Positions 10,443 to 19,843 of a stretch of 60,601 nucleotides of DNA are shown here, piece after piece. Below the pieces are notes generated by a model that was given only the letters and a program-made list of their open reading frames with translations, made no database searches and was not told the DNA's origin. A program made the position numbers and the translations under genes. Location of the stretch: positions 1 through 60,601 of the forward strand of contig JAEOSK010000016.1 in NCBI GenBank assembly GCA_016840405.1, written 5' to 3'. Within the stretch, counting starts at the first letter, position 1. Each line of letters opens with the position of its first letter. The stretch comes from Candidatus Hermodarchaeum yapensis. Lineage in GTDB: Archaea; Asgardarchaeota; Hermodarchaeia; Hermodarchaeales; Hermodarchaeaceae.

Positions 10443-11939
10443 TTGACGGCAACAATTCATGTCTTGTTGTCGGAGGCGTCCAATTTGCCTGGTAACATTG
10501 AGAAATTTGTTGAAGAAGCCACGAAAGTAGTCGGTTCTGACCACATCACGACCAATCTTGCGATTCGACACAGCTACATGGCCAGGTCCGTGATGGGCAT
10601 TCGAGCCGGTGTCGCAGAAGCAATTGTTAAACCTGCTAACCGCGATGAAACCCAAGCCATTGTTAATTTATGTAACAAATACAAGATTCCCATTAGCCCG
10701 TATTCTGGGGGATTAAGTGGTGGATACGCCCAGCCCCTCAAACCGGAGGGCATCATCCTTGACATGGTACGGATGGACAACATCATCGAAGTTGATGAAG
10801 ATGCCCGCTATGTCGTCGTAGAACCAGGCGTAACAGCAGGACAAGTATGGACGTATTTCCGAAAACACCACCCCGAATGGGCACCCCCCGTACCAGACGG
10901 CGCACCACCCCGTGCTACGCTAATCGGAGATGCATTAGAACGCGGTTTCAGCTTAGTCACGAGCAAGTATGGGCCGCAAGGCCGGATGATCAATGGACTC
11001 GAAGTTATCCTGCCACGAGGAGACATCATCTATACAGGAAGCTGGGCTTTGAAAGGCTTCAAACCCTACTATCCCTGGGGCCCCGGACCGGATTTCACCG
11101 GACTCTTCCTCGGTGCGCAAGGCACCATGGGCATCATCACGAAAGCCGCCATTCGTATCATCCCTCATCCACCGTACATTGATCTGGTCGCCTATGACTA
11201 TGATACCCCAGAAGACATGCAAAATCACTCCATGGCCGTGCTCAAAAAAGAAGTCGGAGTAATGGTGCAAGGCGGCAACTGGTGGCTCGTCCCCAGCCGC
11301 AAAGATGAACGCGAAGTGCCTAAAACCATCGAAGAATGGCGTGAAAAGAAATACTACATTCCCGAATGGTTGATGAACTACGAACTCTGGGCCCACACCG
11401 AAAAGGAAATGCAAAGCCAGATAGACATCATCGAAGAAGAAGCCAAGAAAATCGTGGACGCCGGGGGGAAAGCGGAACCCATGGAGCTCCACCCCCGTGC
11501 AAAAGCCGTACGGCTCACCAAACCCAACCTCATCGCTGTGCCATACGCTATGCACCGCGCTGGTTTTGTCTTCATCACCTGGTACTGCCCCTGGAAGGAT
11601 TGTGCAGAAATTTCCCGTGTCTCGGTCGAAACCATGGAGAAATTCGACATTCCACCCGTCCAATGGGTAGCCAGTATTGAACAAGGTCGCCAGTGCATCT
11701 CGATGCCCATTATCACCTTCGATAGCCGAACCGAGAAGGGCTATGAGCAGGCCGAAGCCTGGGACAAACACTTCACAAAAATCGCCCATAAGAAAGGTTG
11801 GATGAATTACCGTCCAAACGCATTCATTCACTGGCCAGCCATGCGTCCATTGATGCCAGAGTATGTGAAGATGCTTAAAGAACTCAAAGAAATCTGGGAC
11901 CCGAACGGCATCATGCATCCCGGGCGCCTAGAAGTTTAA
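10443..11939 (+). CDS. FAD-binding oxidoreductase (GlcD/VAO family)
   Basis: PYSGGLSGG, VEPGVT, GAQGTMGIITKA, WDPNGIMHPG. Confidence 0.9.
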   Translation: MTATIHVLLSEASNLPGNIEKFVEEATKVVGSDHITTNLAIRHSYMARSVMGIRAGVAEAIVKPANRDETQAIVNLCNKYKIPISPYSGGLSGGYAQPLKPEGIILDMVRMDNIIEVDEDARYVVVEPGVTAGQVWTYFRKHHPEWAPPVPDGAPPRATLIGDALERGFSLVTSKYGPQGRMINGLEVILPRGDIIYTGSWALKGFKPYYPWGPGPDFTGLFLGAQGTMGIITKAAIRIIPHPPYIDLVAYDYDTPEDMQNHSMAVLKKEVGVMVQGGNWWLVPSRKDEREVPKTIEEWREKKYYIPEWLMNYELWAHTEKEMQSQIDIIEEEAKKIVDAGGKAEPMELHPRAKAVRLTKPNLIAVPYAMHRAGFVFITWYCPWKDCAEISRVSVETMEKFDIPPVQWVASIEQGRQCISMPIITFDSRTEKGYEQAEAWDKHFTKIAHKKGWMNYRPNAFIHWPAMRPLMPEYVKMLKELKEIWDPNGIMHPGRLEV

Positions 11940-11979
11940 GGCGAACGGAACCATTCAGCTTGACCTGCTTTTACATATG

Positions 11980-13404
11980 TTAGTCGTATTTCCGTTTTCG
12001 GTAAAGGAGTATTGCCCCGATGGTTGTAACTAGTCCAATGAAAATCGCTTCGACCGGGAAACCAGGAATGGAAGGTGTTATTATCGGAATTGGAGGAAAA
12101 TCGTCAGGTATGCGTACAACCCACATGTCACCAGCTTGAGCCCCAAAGCTATTTGCCATGCCGATAGTAACGAAATCCCCGTCACTCGTAATTATTCCTG
12201 CCCAGAATTGATCAAAGTAGTTACCACCATAGGTTGAATTCCACAGGGCAGTGCCATTCGCAGCTGTCCGGATAATCCAGCCATCTGAAATGAAAGAAGT
12301 ACGGTAGTTCAGAGAGAAAATGGCAAAGCCCCCGTCGCTACACTCGGCGAACTCAAATGCGGCTTCAATATCAGTGTCCCCATAAGTCTGATTCCAAAGG
12401 TGTTGACCGTTTGCATCAATTCGAACTAAAAGCACATCTAAAGTGCGTTCTGTATTATTTCCTTTTGCTCCAATAAGTGCGAAATCACCATTCTGGCACT
12501 CCACAGCATAGGTCGCTGTATGTTCAGTCCCATAGGTTTGATTCCAGAGGTGGTTGCCATCAGCATCCACCCGAACCACCCAGCAGCCAACATCATTCTT
12601 GAAAGCGTCAGAATCAGCGGCGTAACTAAAATTACCAGTCCATCCCGTCATGAGGAAGCCACCAGTGCTCACTTCGATGACATTGTAACACAGTTCCCCC
12701 CATGTGGGATTTCCATAGGTGTAGTTCCACAGATGATTTCCATCCGCATCAGTACGAATCAACCAACTCTCGATGTATCTGAGGGTCGTATTCTCAGTAA
12801 AGCCCCCGGAGATGAACCCTCCATCGCTACATGCAACTGATTCGACAAAAAAGTCATCATCAGGTCCGCCATAGGTGTAGTTCCACAGATGATTTCCATC
12901 CGCATCAGTACGAATCAACCAACCATCGGCATCTCCACCACTATAGTGGGCAGTATGACTCGAGATGAGAAAGCCGCCATCCGACAAATCTTCCAATCTC
13001 ACGGATTTATGAAAGGGATCCATATGTCCACCAGCAATCATACCTCCACCATAGGTGTGATTCCAGAGATGGGTGCCATTTTCATCACAGCGAACTAGCC
13101 AAACCTCATCTATGCCTACCACTGCGCCATAGCTTGCTGTGCGTCCCGCGACGGCAAACCCGCCATCCGCGGTTTCGACAATCGCTGTCCCTTCTTCGTA
13201 AGCAATTCCACCGAAAATCTGGTTCCAAACATAATTTGTGGATACCATCGGTGCTAGTCGAGCCTGTGCACTTACAGTACCACTTTTACAAACAACTGGT
13301 ATGAAAAGCCAGGCACACAATAAGACAATTAATACAACTTGTGACCACTTGAATCGTGTCAAAGTGAAACCCTCCACTCGCGCATACTGTGAAGCATATA
13401 CCAT
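11980..13404 (-). CDS. exported repeat (beta-propeller-like) protein with PGF-CTERM-like anchor
   Basis: Signal-like N-terminus; ~50-aa repeats WLIRTDADGNHLWNYTYG; C-terminal PGF + TM + RKRK. Confidence 0.85.
   Translation of the reverse strand: MVYASQYARVEGFTLTRFKWSQVVLIVLLCAWLFIPVVCKSGTVSAQARLAPMVSTNYVWNQIFGGIAYEEGTAIVETADGGFAVAGRTASYGAVVGIDEVWLVRCDENGTHLWNHTYGGGMIAGGHMDPFHKSVRLEDLSDGGFLISSHTAHYSGGDADGWLIRTDADGNHLWNYTYGGPDDDFFVESVACSDGGFISGGFTENTTLRYIESWLIRTDADGNHLWNYTYGNPTWGELCYNVIEVSTGGFLMTGWTGNFSYAADSDAFKNDVGCWVVRVDADGNHLWNQTYGTEHTATYAVECQNGDFALIGAKGNNTERTLDVLLVRIDANGQHLWNQTYGDTDIEAAFEFAECSDGGFAIFSLNYRTSFISDGWIIRTAANGTALWNSTYGGNYFDQFWAGIITSDGDFVTIGMANSFGAQAGDMWVVRIPDDFPPIPIITPSIPGFPVEAIFIGLVTTIGAILLYRKRKYD
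12713..12923. repeat. perfect 55-bp direct repeat inside the exported repeat protein
   Basis: 12713-12767 equals 12869-12923; 156-bp period. Confidence 0.9.
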
Positions 13405-13485
13405 TTAAATAGCGCAGGTTACAGGGCAGTCCTTCCTTGATAGGAATGGAAGACAACCTGAAACTCATATAAACTCTCAGGGCTA

Positions 13486-13772
13486 ATGCTAACGTACTGG
13501 ATACCTAGGGGACTGTGGGAGATGGCGATAAAACAGTCGATATAGTGGATGCTCTTGCTTGGGATTATTCTAAGTTATGTAGTGACAGGCTATATCGCGA
13601 TTCTCTATTTCTTTAGAACCTTCCAAACCCTTCCAATGGAGCTTTTTGTTCCCGTCCTTGGCCCTTCATAATAGCATTGACAGCAAATATGTTCACAGTA
13701 CACCTAGAAGATAAACTCGATGAAGACCCGTCAATGATACAGGAACCGATCGCTATTGGAATGATATTCTAG
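13486..13772 (+). pseudogene. possible decayed small membrane-protein gene
   Basis: MAIKQSI*WMLLLGIILSYVVTGYIAILYFF... with in-frame TAG at 13543; apparent frameshift near 13665 continuing FIIALTANMF... Confidence 0.3.
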
Positions 13773-13861
13773 ATGGGTAAGTATCGGACAACGGCAAAGA
13801 GTAAAAGGCATTAATGCATGTGAAAACAGGTTATTCACCGACTATTCGGAGGATCTCGTAC

Positions 13862-15079
13862 ATGACCGAATCTGAAAAAGGAAAAACCGAACTAAAAGAC
13901 TTTGAACTTGAAATTGCTCGTTGTATTCACTGCAAAGCTTGTACGATTGCAGATGCTGCGAATCCAAATGGTGGCTTTGAAGTAGGTTGCCCTGCTTGGA
14001 GTGCTATGGAATGGGAAGCCTATAGTGGCGGTGCAAAATTATGGCTTGCTCGTGCTATCCTCAATGGTAACTATAAGCTTAACACAGACGCAGGTGATCT
14101 CCTTTTCCGCTGTTCGACTTGTGGACAGTGTGAAGAACAATGTGAAAACGAATTACCAACCGTTGATATCATCGAGGCAATACGTGCAGAAGCTGTCAAA
14201 GCAGGGGTGGGTCCGTTAGATAAGCAGATAGGTTATTCTAAAGCGGCTGAAGTGAAGCGGAACCCATATAATGAGGAACACGAGAATCGGACCGACTGGG
14301 TTCCTAAGGAATTGAAACTGAAGGAAAAAGCAGATGTTATTTATTTTGTGGGTTGCACTGCATCTTATCGTCTTCAAGAGCTAGCGGTTTCTACGATGCG
14401 TGTAATGGAGAAGCTTGGAGCCGATGTAACAGTGAAAGAAGATGAATGGTGCTGTTGTTCACCATTAATCCGAGTTGGAAAGTTAGATTTGGTCGAAGAG
14501 TATGTGAAGCATAACGTGGAGCTCTTCCAGAACTCGGGTGCCAAGATCGTTGTCTCATCATGCGCAGGGTGTTTCCGAACAATGAAGCGAGACTGGCCAA
14601 AATATTATGGTCCATTGCCATTTGAAGTCAAACACAGTGTAAACTATATTGCAGAACTGCTTGAAGCAGGTCAAAAGGAACTTAAACCCCTCAAGGGTAT
14701 CAAAGCCACATATCATGATCCTTGCCATTATGGGCGACATGTGGCACATCTGATTAAAAATCGAAAGGAGAAAGCTGAGTGGTTTGAAGTTCCTCGAAAG
14801 ATTCTTCGAAGACTACTTGGTGACAATTTTGTCGAGATGCCCCGTAACAAAGAAAATGCTTGGTGCTGTGGAGCAGGTGGCGGAGCTCGAGCTCAATTCC
14901 CTGATTGGACCCTTGATACTTCAATAGAACGAATTAAGGAAGCTGAAGCAACAGGTGCAACACACTTAGTGAGTGCTTGTCCATTCTGCGAAACTTCACT
15001 GGCGCTAGCCATCGAGAAGAGTGGCTCGAAGCTGAAGATGGTCGATTTGATTCAGTTTGTCGAGGAAGCCCTCGTATAA
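13862..15079 (+). CDS. Fe-S oxidoreductase, HdrD/GlcF-like (4Fe-4S plus two CCG domains)
   Basis: CIHCKAC, CSTCGQCEEQC, WCCCSP, SCAGC, HDPCH, WCCGAGGG, ACPFC; GGAGG SD before 13862. Confidence 0.92.
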   Translation: MTESEKGKTELKDFELEIARCIHCKACTIADAANPNGGFEVGCPAWSAMEWEAYSGGAKLWLARAILNGNYKLNTDAGDLLFRCSTCGQCEEQCENELPTVDIIEAIRAEAVKAGVGPLDKQIGYSKAAEVKRNPYNEEHENRTDWVPKELKLKEKADVIYFVGCTASYRLQELAVSTMRVMEKLGADVTVKEDEWCCCSPLIRVGKLDLVEEYVKHNVELFQNSGAKIVVSSCAGCFRTMKRDWPKYYGPLPFEVKHSVNYIAELLEAGQKELKPLKGIKATYHDPCHYGRHVAHLIKNRKEKAEWFEVPRKILRRLLGDNFVEMPRNKENAWCCGAGGGARAQFPDWTLDTSIERIKEAEATGATHLVSACPFCETSLALAIEKSGSKLKMVDLIQFVEEALV

Positions 15080-15203
15080 CCCAGGTAGACTCTATCTTAG
15101 GACTAGCACATTTGCATTGTTCAGTTAGTGCACATGATGGTAGCAGTAATAGGGGGGAAGCAATGTTTAGCTAGTATACAGACAGATCTGAGAGTCGATT
15201 CCT

Positions 15204-16370
15204 GTGGCACGTACATACAAGATTCAAGTGTTGCCTGGTGACGGTATAGGTCCTGAAGTCATTCAGGAAGCTGTCAAGGTTCTCGAAATTGTTTCGGGAG
15301 CAATTCAAAGGTTAGATCTTGCCTTTCACGAGTTTCCTTGTGGAGGGAAATACTATCTTGAAACAGGAGTTGAATGGCCCGGAGAAGCGGAGGTCTTTGC
15401 CCAACAGGAAGCGGACGCGATTCTGTTAGGGGCTGTGGGTTGGGAGATAGCTCCGGGGCAACCGGTTCGCCGTAAGGATGGGCAACTAGCGGGAGCTGAA
15501 GTCGTTCTTGGGCAGCGTCGGGATCTGGAATTGTATGCGAATGTTAGACCAGTGAAACTTTATCCGGGGGTTCCAACCCCATTGGCGGATAAGCAGCCTG
15601 CTGATATTGATTTTGTCATTATCCGTGAAAATACTGAAGGGCTCTATTCGGGAATTGGGAAGCGTTATGGTGAAAACGAGCCTGGAGAATTAGCAATCGA
15701 TGTTCGTCCTATTTCACGGATGGGTGCGGAACGTGTAATTCGGTACGCAGGTCGACTTGCCCAGAAACGGGGGAAGGGTGCTCCAAAAGATGGGAAACAG
15801 CGGTTGACTTGTGTAGACAAAAGCAATGTGCTTCTTGGCGACCAACTGTTCCGCCAAGTCTTTGAAGAAAGTATGCATGACTTTCCGGAGATAGAACCTG
15901 ATTTTGCTTACGTTGATGCGTGGGTGATGTGGTGCGTTCGTCAACCAGAGTACTACAATGTCGTAGTCGCTCCGAATTTGTATGGGGATATAATCTCAGA
16001 TTTAGGAGCAGCAATTCAGGGTGGCATGGGAGTGGCAGCAGGAGGAAACATTGGTGATAATCATGCCATGTTTGAGCCCATTCATGGTTCGGCTCCCCGT
16101 CATGCCGGAAAACGACGAGCGAATCCTACTGCAGCAATTCTTGCAGGAAAAATGCTGTTGGAATGGCTTGGAGAACGACACAATGATCATCAAGCAATGA
16201 ACGCAGCCACGATTATTGAAGAGGCAGTTACAACAGTTCTCAAGGAGGGAAAGGTCCGCACCTACGATTTATGTAAAGGATCCTATTCCAGCCAAAAGCC
16301 CTCAACGACAAAACAGATGGGAACTGCAATTCGAAAGATAATTCAAAAAACGCTGAAAGAGAGGAGTTAA
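15204..16370 (+). CDS. isocitrate/isopropylmalate dehydrogenase family (LeuB/homoisocitrate dehydrogenase-like)
   Basis: PGDGIGPEV, RENTEGLY, NLYGDIISD, FEPIHGSAP. Confidence 0.93.
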   Translation: MARTYKIQVLPGDGIGPEVIQEAVKVLEIVSGAIQRLDLAFHEFPCGGKYYLETGVEWPGEAEVFAQQEADAILLGAVGWEIAPGQPVRRKDGQLAGAEVVLGQRRDLELYANVRPVKLYPGVPTPLADKQPADIDFVIIRENTEGLYSGIGKRYGENEPGELAIDVRPISRMGAERVIRYAGRLAQKRGKGAPKDGKQRLTCVDKSNVLLGDQLFRQVFEESMHDFPEIEPDFAYVDAWVMWCVRQPEYYNVVVAPNLYGDIISDLGAAIQGGMGVAAGGNIGDNHAMFEPIHGSAPRHAGKRRANPTAAILAGKMLLEWLGERHNDHQAMNAATIIEEAVTTVLKEGKVRTYDLCKGSYSSQKPSTTKQMGTAIRKIIQKTLKERS

Positions 16371-16371
16371 C

Positions 16372-17625
16372 ATGACTCAGCAGACAATGGCAGAAAAAAT
16401 CCTGACAACTCATTCTGATCAGAAAGCAGTTGCGCCAGGTGAAATTGTCGAAGCCTTCGTGGATGTGGCCATGAGCCACGAAATGATGGGTACTCGAGTC
16501 ATTCCTCACCTTGAGGAAGCAGGGGTTACTAAGGTTTGGGATCCAAGTCGGGTAGTAATGATTTTAGATCATTGGGTTCCAGCGCCTACAGTAGAGGCTG
16601 CGACCATTCACCAACGAGTACGTAACTTTGTACGAGATTTTCAGATTCAACACTTCTACGATGTGGGAAGTGGCGTTTGTCACCAGATACTTGTGGAAGA
16701 AGGTCATGTACGTCCAGGAGAGCTGTTGGTGGGGACTGATTCCCATACGACAACTGGAGGGGCATTCGGTGCACTTACAACAGGTATTGGGGCCACTGAT
16801 ATGGCCATTGTCTTAGGTACAGGTCGGTTGTGGTTCCGAGTCCCTGATACAATCAAAATTACGATTACCGGGAAATTACCTGCCAAAGTGATGGGAAAGG
16901 ACATCATTCTCAACATTCTTTACCGGCTTGGTGTGGAAGGAGCATCTTTCCAAGCCATCGAATACCATGGGGATACCCTTAAGCAATTGAGTTTGGATGC
17001 TTGGATGACCCTTACCAATATGGCTGTTGAAGTTGGGGCGATGGCAGCTCTCATTCCACCAGATAAACGGGTTCTCGATTATGTTAAACAACAGACACCA
17101 CAATCCTTCACCCCAGTTTACCCAGACGAAAAAGCAACTTATCATCAAACCCATGAACTTGATGTATCGAAACTTGTACCACAGGTGGCAAAACCGTCTC
17201 TCCCAAGTAATGCCGTCCCTGTGACTGAAGTTGAGGGGATTCACATTGATCAAGCACTATTAGGTTCATGCACAAATGGTCGATTAGAAGATCTGCGTGT
17301 GGCGGCTCAAATTGTAAAAGACAAACAGATTGCAAAGGATGTTCGGTTTATCGTCAATCCTGCTAGTCGACGAATTTACTTAACGGCTCTCGAGGAAGGG
17401 ACAATTGGTACCCTTGTAAAAGCAGGAGCCACTATTGGTCCAGCAACTTGTGGCGCATGTTTTGGAGGCCATTGTGGACTTCTTGCTTCTGGAGAAATCT
17501 GTATTAGCACATCAAACCGCAATTTCCCAGGTAGAATGGGAAGTGCGGATTCACACATCTATCTTGCTTCACCAGCAACGGTTGCTGCCAGCGCAATTGC
17601 AGGAAAGATTACTGATCCTCGATGA
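16372..17625 (+). CDS. 3-isopropylmalate dehydratase/homoaconitase large subunit
   Basis: DSHTTT, GSCTNGR, CGACFG, STSNRNFPGRMG. Confidence 0.95.
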   Translation: MTQQTMAEKILTTHSDQKAVAPGEIVEAFVDVAMSHEMMGTRVIPHLEEAGVTKVWDPSRVVMILDHWVPAPTVEAATIHQRVRNFVRDFQIQHFYDVGSGVCHQILVEEGHVRPGELLVGTDSHTTTGGAFGALTTGIGATDMAIVLGTGRLWFRVPDTIKITITGKLPAKVMGKDIILNILYRLGVEGASFQAIEYHGDTLKQLSLDAWMTLTNMAVEVGAMAALIPPDKRVLDYVKQQTPQSFTPVYPDEKATYHQTHELDVSKLVPQVAKPSLPSNAVPVTEVEGIHIDQALLGSCTNGRLEDLRVAAQIVKDKQIAKDVRFIVNPASRRIYLTALEEGTIGTLVKAGATIGPATCGACFGGHCGLLASGEICISTSNRNFPGRMGSADSHIYLASPATVAASAIAGKITDPR

Positions 17626-17638
17626 GGTTGAGAACCCT

Positions 17639-18160
17639 ATGCCAGAACAACGGACGACAGTTGAAGGAAAAGCTTGGCGATTTGGTTCCAACATCAGTAC
17701 TGATGATATCATTTCAGCCGCCCATCTAACTAGCCTCTCCATTGAAGAAATTGCACCGTTTGCATTCGAAAATCTACGCCCCGAATTTGCCAAAAACGTA
17801 CAGCCTAATGATATCATTGTAGCTGAGGAGAATCTTGGCATCGGATCAAGCCGTGAGTCAGCTGCAGCCATTCTACGGAGCCTAGGCGTGGGAGCGATTA
17901 TTGCGGCATCTTTTGCCCGAATCTTCTTTCGGAACGCATACAATTTGGGTGTTCCCGCAATCGAATTTCCAGCAATTGCTAAAGATCCCAACTTAGTCAG
18001 AGATGGAGATAGAATACGAATCGATTTGAAAGAGGGGACACTGTTTAACCATCGTACAGATCAAAGCCATCAAATAACCAAAGTTCCGCCTTTTCTCATT
18101 CAATACATTGAAGCAGGTGGCGCAATTCCACTCCTAAAACAGAAACTAAAAACAATCTAA
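17639..18160 (+). CDS. 3-isopropylmalate dehydratase/homoaconitase small subunit
   Basis: NISTDDII, GIGSSRE, SFARIFFRNAYNLG; start moved to ATG 17639 (GAGG SD). Confidence 0.93.
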   Translation: MPEQRTTVEGKAWRFGSNISTDDIISAAHLTSLSIEEIAPFAFENLRPEFAKNVQPNDIIVAEENLGIGSSRESAAAILRSLGVGAIIAASFARIFFRNAYNLGVPAIEFPAIAKDPNLVRDGDRIRIDLKEGTLFNHRTDQSHQITKVPPFLIQYIEAGGAIPLLKQKLKTI

Positions 18161-18216
18161 AGGAATATGGACGGGGTAGAATAGACTTTATTCCCAAAGA
18201 AAAGAAGGTTTTCAAA

Positions 18217-19002
18217 ATGGAGAAAAAAGAGAAGCGGGAACTGCCTGAGTTTGGTCACTATAGTGATGTTAACGGATTGCACATGTATTATGAGGATCGA
18301 GGAAAAGGAACCCCCCTAATTTTACTTCATGGAGGACTAGGAACAGTAGAGCTTGGATGGGCTGAGTTAAGGGAGATCTTTTCTCAAAAATTCCGCGTAA
18401 TAGCCCCAGACTGCAGAGGTTCAGGTCGAACGAATAATCCTCAGAAAGTTCTAAATTATGCCTTAATGGCAGATGATATTGTTGCATTAGTCAGAGCCTT
18501 GGATGTCGAAAAGCCTATCATTTGTGGGTGGAGTGATGGCGGTCAGATTGCAATGGAAATTGGGATTCGATATCGAGAGCTCCCTAAAGCGCTTGTTCTA
18601 GGTGGAGCGACGCATAGACTTTCAAAACATACAAGTGACGCCCTTTCTGCTGTTCGAGACTGGCTTCAATCAGACCCAGAACTTGAGGAATCACTAAGAA
18701 ATGCACATGGTCAGGTTTACGGTCCCATGTATTTGGAAACACTCCTCGAACTACTATTGCAAATGTGGGGGGATCCAACGGGGTATCCGAATGAAGCCAT
18801 TAAATCGATAGAAGCGCCATCTCTGCTAATAATAGGGGATAAAGACGAAGCGATGCCCCTTGAAATCCAGTTAGAGATGTATAACTTAATCCCCAATGCT
18901 GAATTAGCGATTATACCAAATATGACGCACATGAATTATGTCACCGAACGGAGTACAATATTTTCTACCATTGTTTTGGATTTTCTCAAGAGGATTTCCT
19001 AA
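18217..19002 (+). CDS. alpha/beta-fold hydrolase
   Basis: LLHGG, GWSDGG nucleophile elbow, GDKD, C-terminal His. Confidence 0.92.
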   Translation: MEKKEKRELPEFGHYSDVNGLHMYYEDRGKGTPLILLHGGLGTVELGWAELREIFSQKFRVIAPDCRGSGRTNNPQKVLNYALMADDIVALVRALDVEKPIICGWSDGGQIAMEIGIRYRELPKALVLGGATHRLSKHTSDALSAVRDWLQSDPELEESLRNAHGQVYGPMYLETLLELLLQMWGDPTGYPNEAIKSIEAPSLLIIGDKDEAMPLEIQLEMYNLIPNAELAIIPNMTHMNYVTERSTIFSTIVLDFLKRIS

Positions 19003-19093
19003 AAAAAATGAATTACTTCTTCTTGGTAATCACTCACCTCAGATAATTCAAATTAAACAGACTCATAAGCACGATGCTAACTATGCAAGGAGC

Positions 19094-19807
19094 ATGTTGC
19101 ACCTCATCATCTATGGTCTTCTATTCTGGCTCTTTGCTACTATCTCAGCCTTTCTCAAAGCTGTTCGAGAAGACGAACTTGCTTATCAAACCGAACGAAT
19201 CAAAAACTTACCCAAGGGTCTCTTTATTGCCATTAAGGTCCTTCCCGCACTGATTTCAGTCATCATCATAGTTGTCTTTCGACCCTCCGGAGCTCTGTTT
19301 TACATCCTGTTAGCCGTAGCCTTAGTCTTCTGTGCTCTGGGTGATGTTGGAATGGAAACCAAATTCCTAGCAGGTGTGTTGTTCTTCCTTATTGCCCACC
19401 TCTTTTTAACAGCAAACTTTCTTTGGCACAGCTACATACTTGGAGTCTCCTTGATTCCACTTCTATCCTTTGTCATCTCATATGTTATCATGATTTTTGT
19501 CATCATCTATGCTGTTCGATTTCTTGATTCGTCCGAACCTCGATTAGGACCCCTGAAGATCCCCCTGCTCATTTATGTCCTCATCCTTTCCCTAACCCTG
19601 AGCAGCTCACTAATATTGTGGATTACAATAGGAAACCCATTGGGAGTCGTCCCCTTCATTGGAGCCATTATCTTCGTCATATCTGATCTCCTTATCGGCA
19701 TCAGGCTCTTTCATCACCACTTCAACAAGGCGGAGTTTACTATCTTCTCAACTTATTACCTTGCTATCTTTCTCCTCACCCTCAGTTTTACCATTTACCT
19801 ATTCTGA
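19094..19807 (+). CDS. YhhN-like membrane protein (lysoplasmalogenase family)
   Basis: LGDV, FFLIAH, FVISD, TYYLA; AAGGAG SD before ATG 19094. Confidence 0.85.
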   Translation: MLHLIIYGLLFWLFATISAFLKAVREDELAYQTERIKNLPKGLFIAIKVLPALISVIIIVVFRPSGALFYILLAVALVFCALGDVGMETKFLAGVLFFLIAHLFLTANFLWHSYILGVSLIPLLSFVISYVIMIFVIIYAVRFLDSSEPRLGPLKIPLLIYVLILSLTLSSSLILWITIGNPLGVVPFIGAIIFVISDLLIGIRLFHHHFNKAEFTIFSTYYLAIFLLTLSFTIYLF

Positions 19808-19843
19808 ACAGCAAAAAAAGAAACAGACTAGTACAACGAGACC

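Noticed and set aside
10953-11918. 321-aa antisense ORF and similar shadow ORFs (e.g. 5726..6268, 9253..9825)
   Set aside because: They lie opposite well-supported genes and have no motifs; explained by codon bias
13543-13545. In-frame TAG as pyrrolysine readthrough
   Set aside because: A frameshift also follows and no pyl genes are present; decay is the simpler explanation
15100-15176. Weak inverted repeat upstream of the leuB-like operon as an attenuator
   Set aside because: Pairing is short and imperfect, and no leader peptide is evident
15204-18160. Specific leuBCD versus homoaconitase (lysine) naming
   Set aside because: The small-subunit specificity loop (HLTS) is not diagnostic by eye; left at family level
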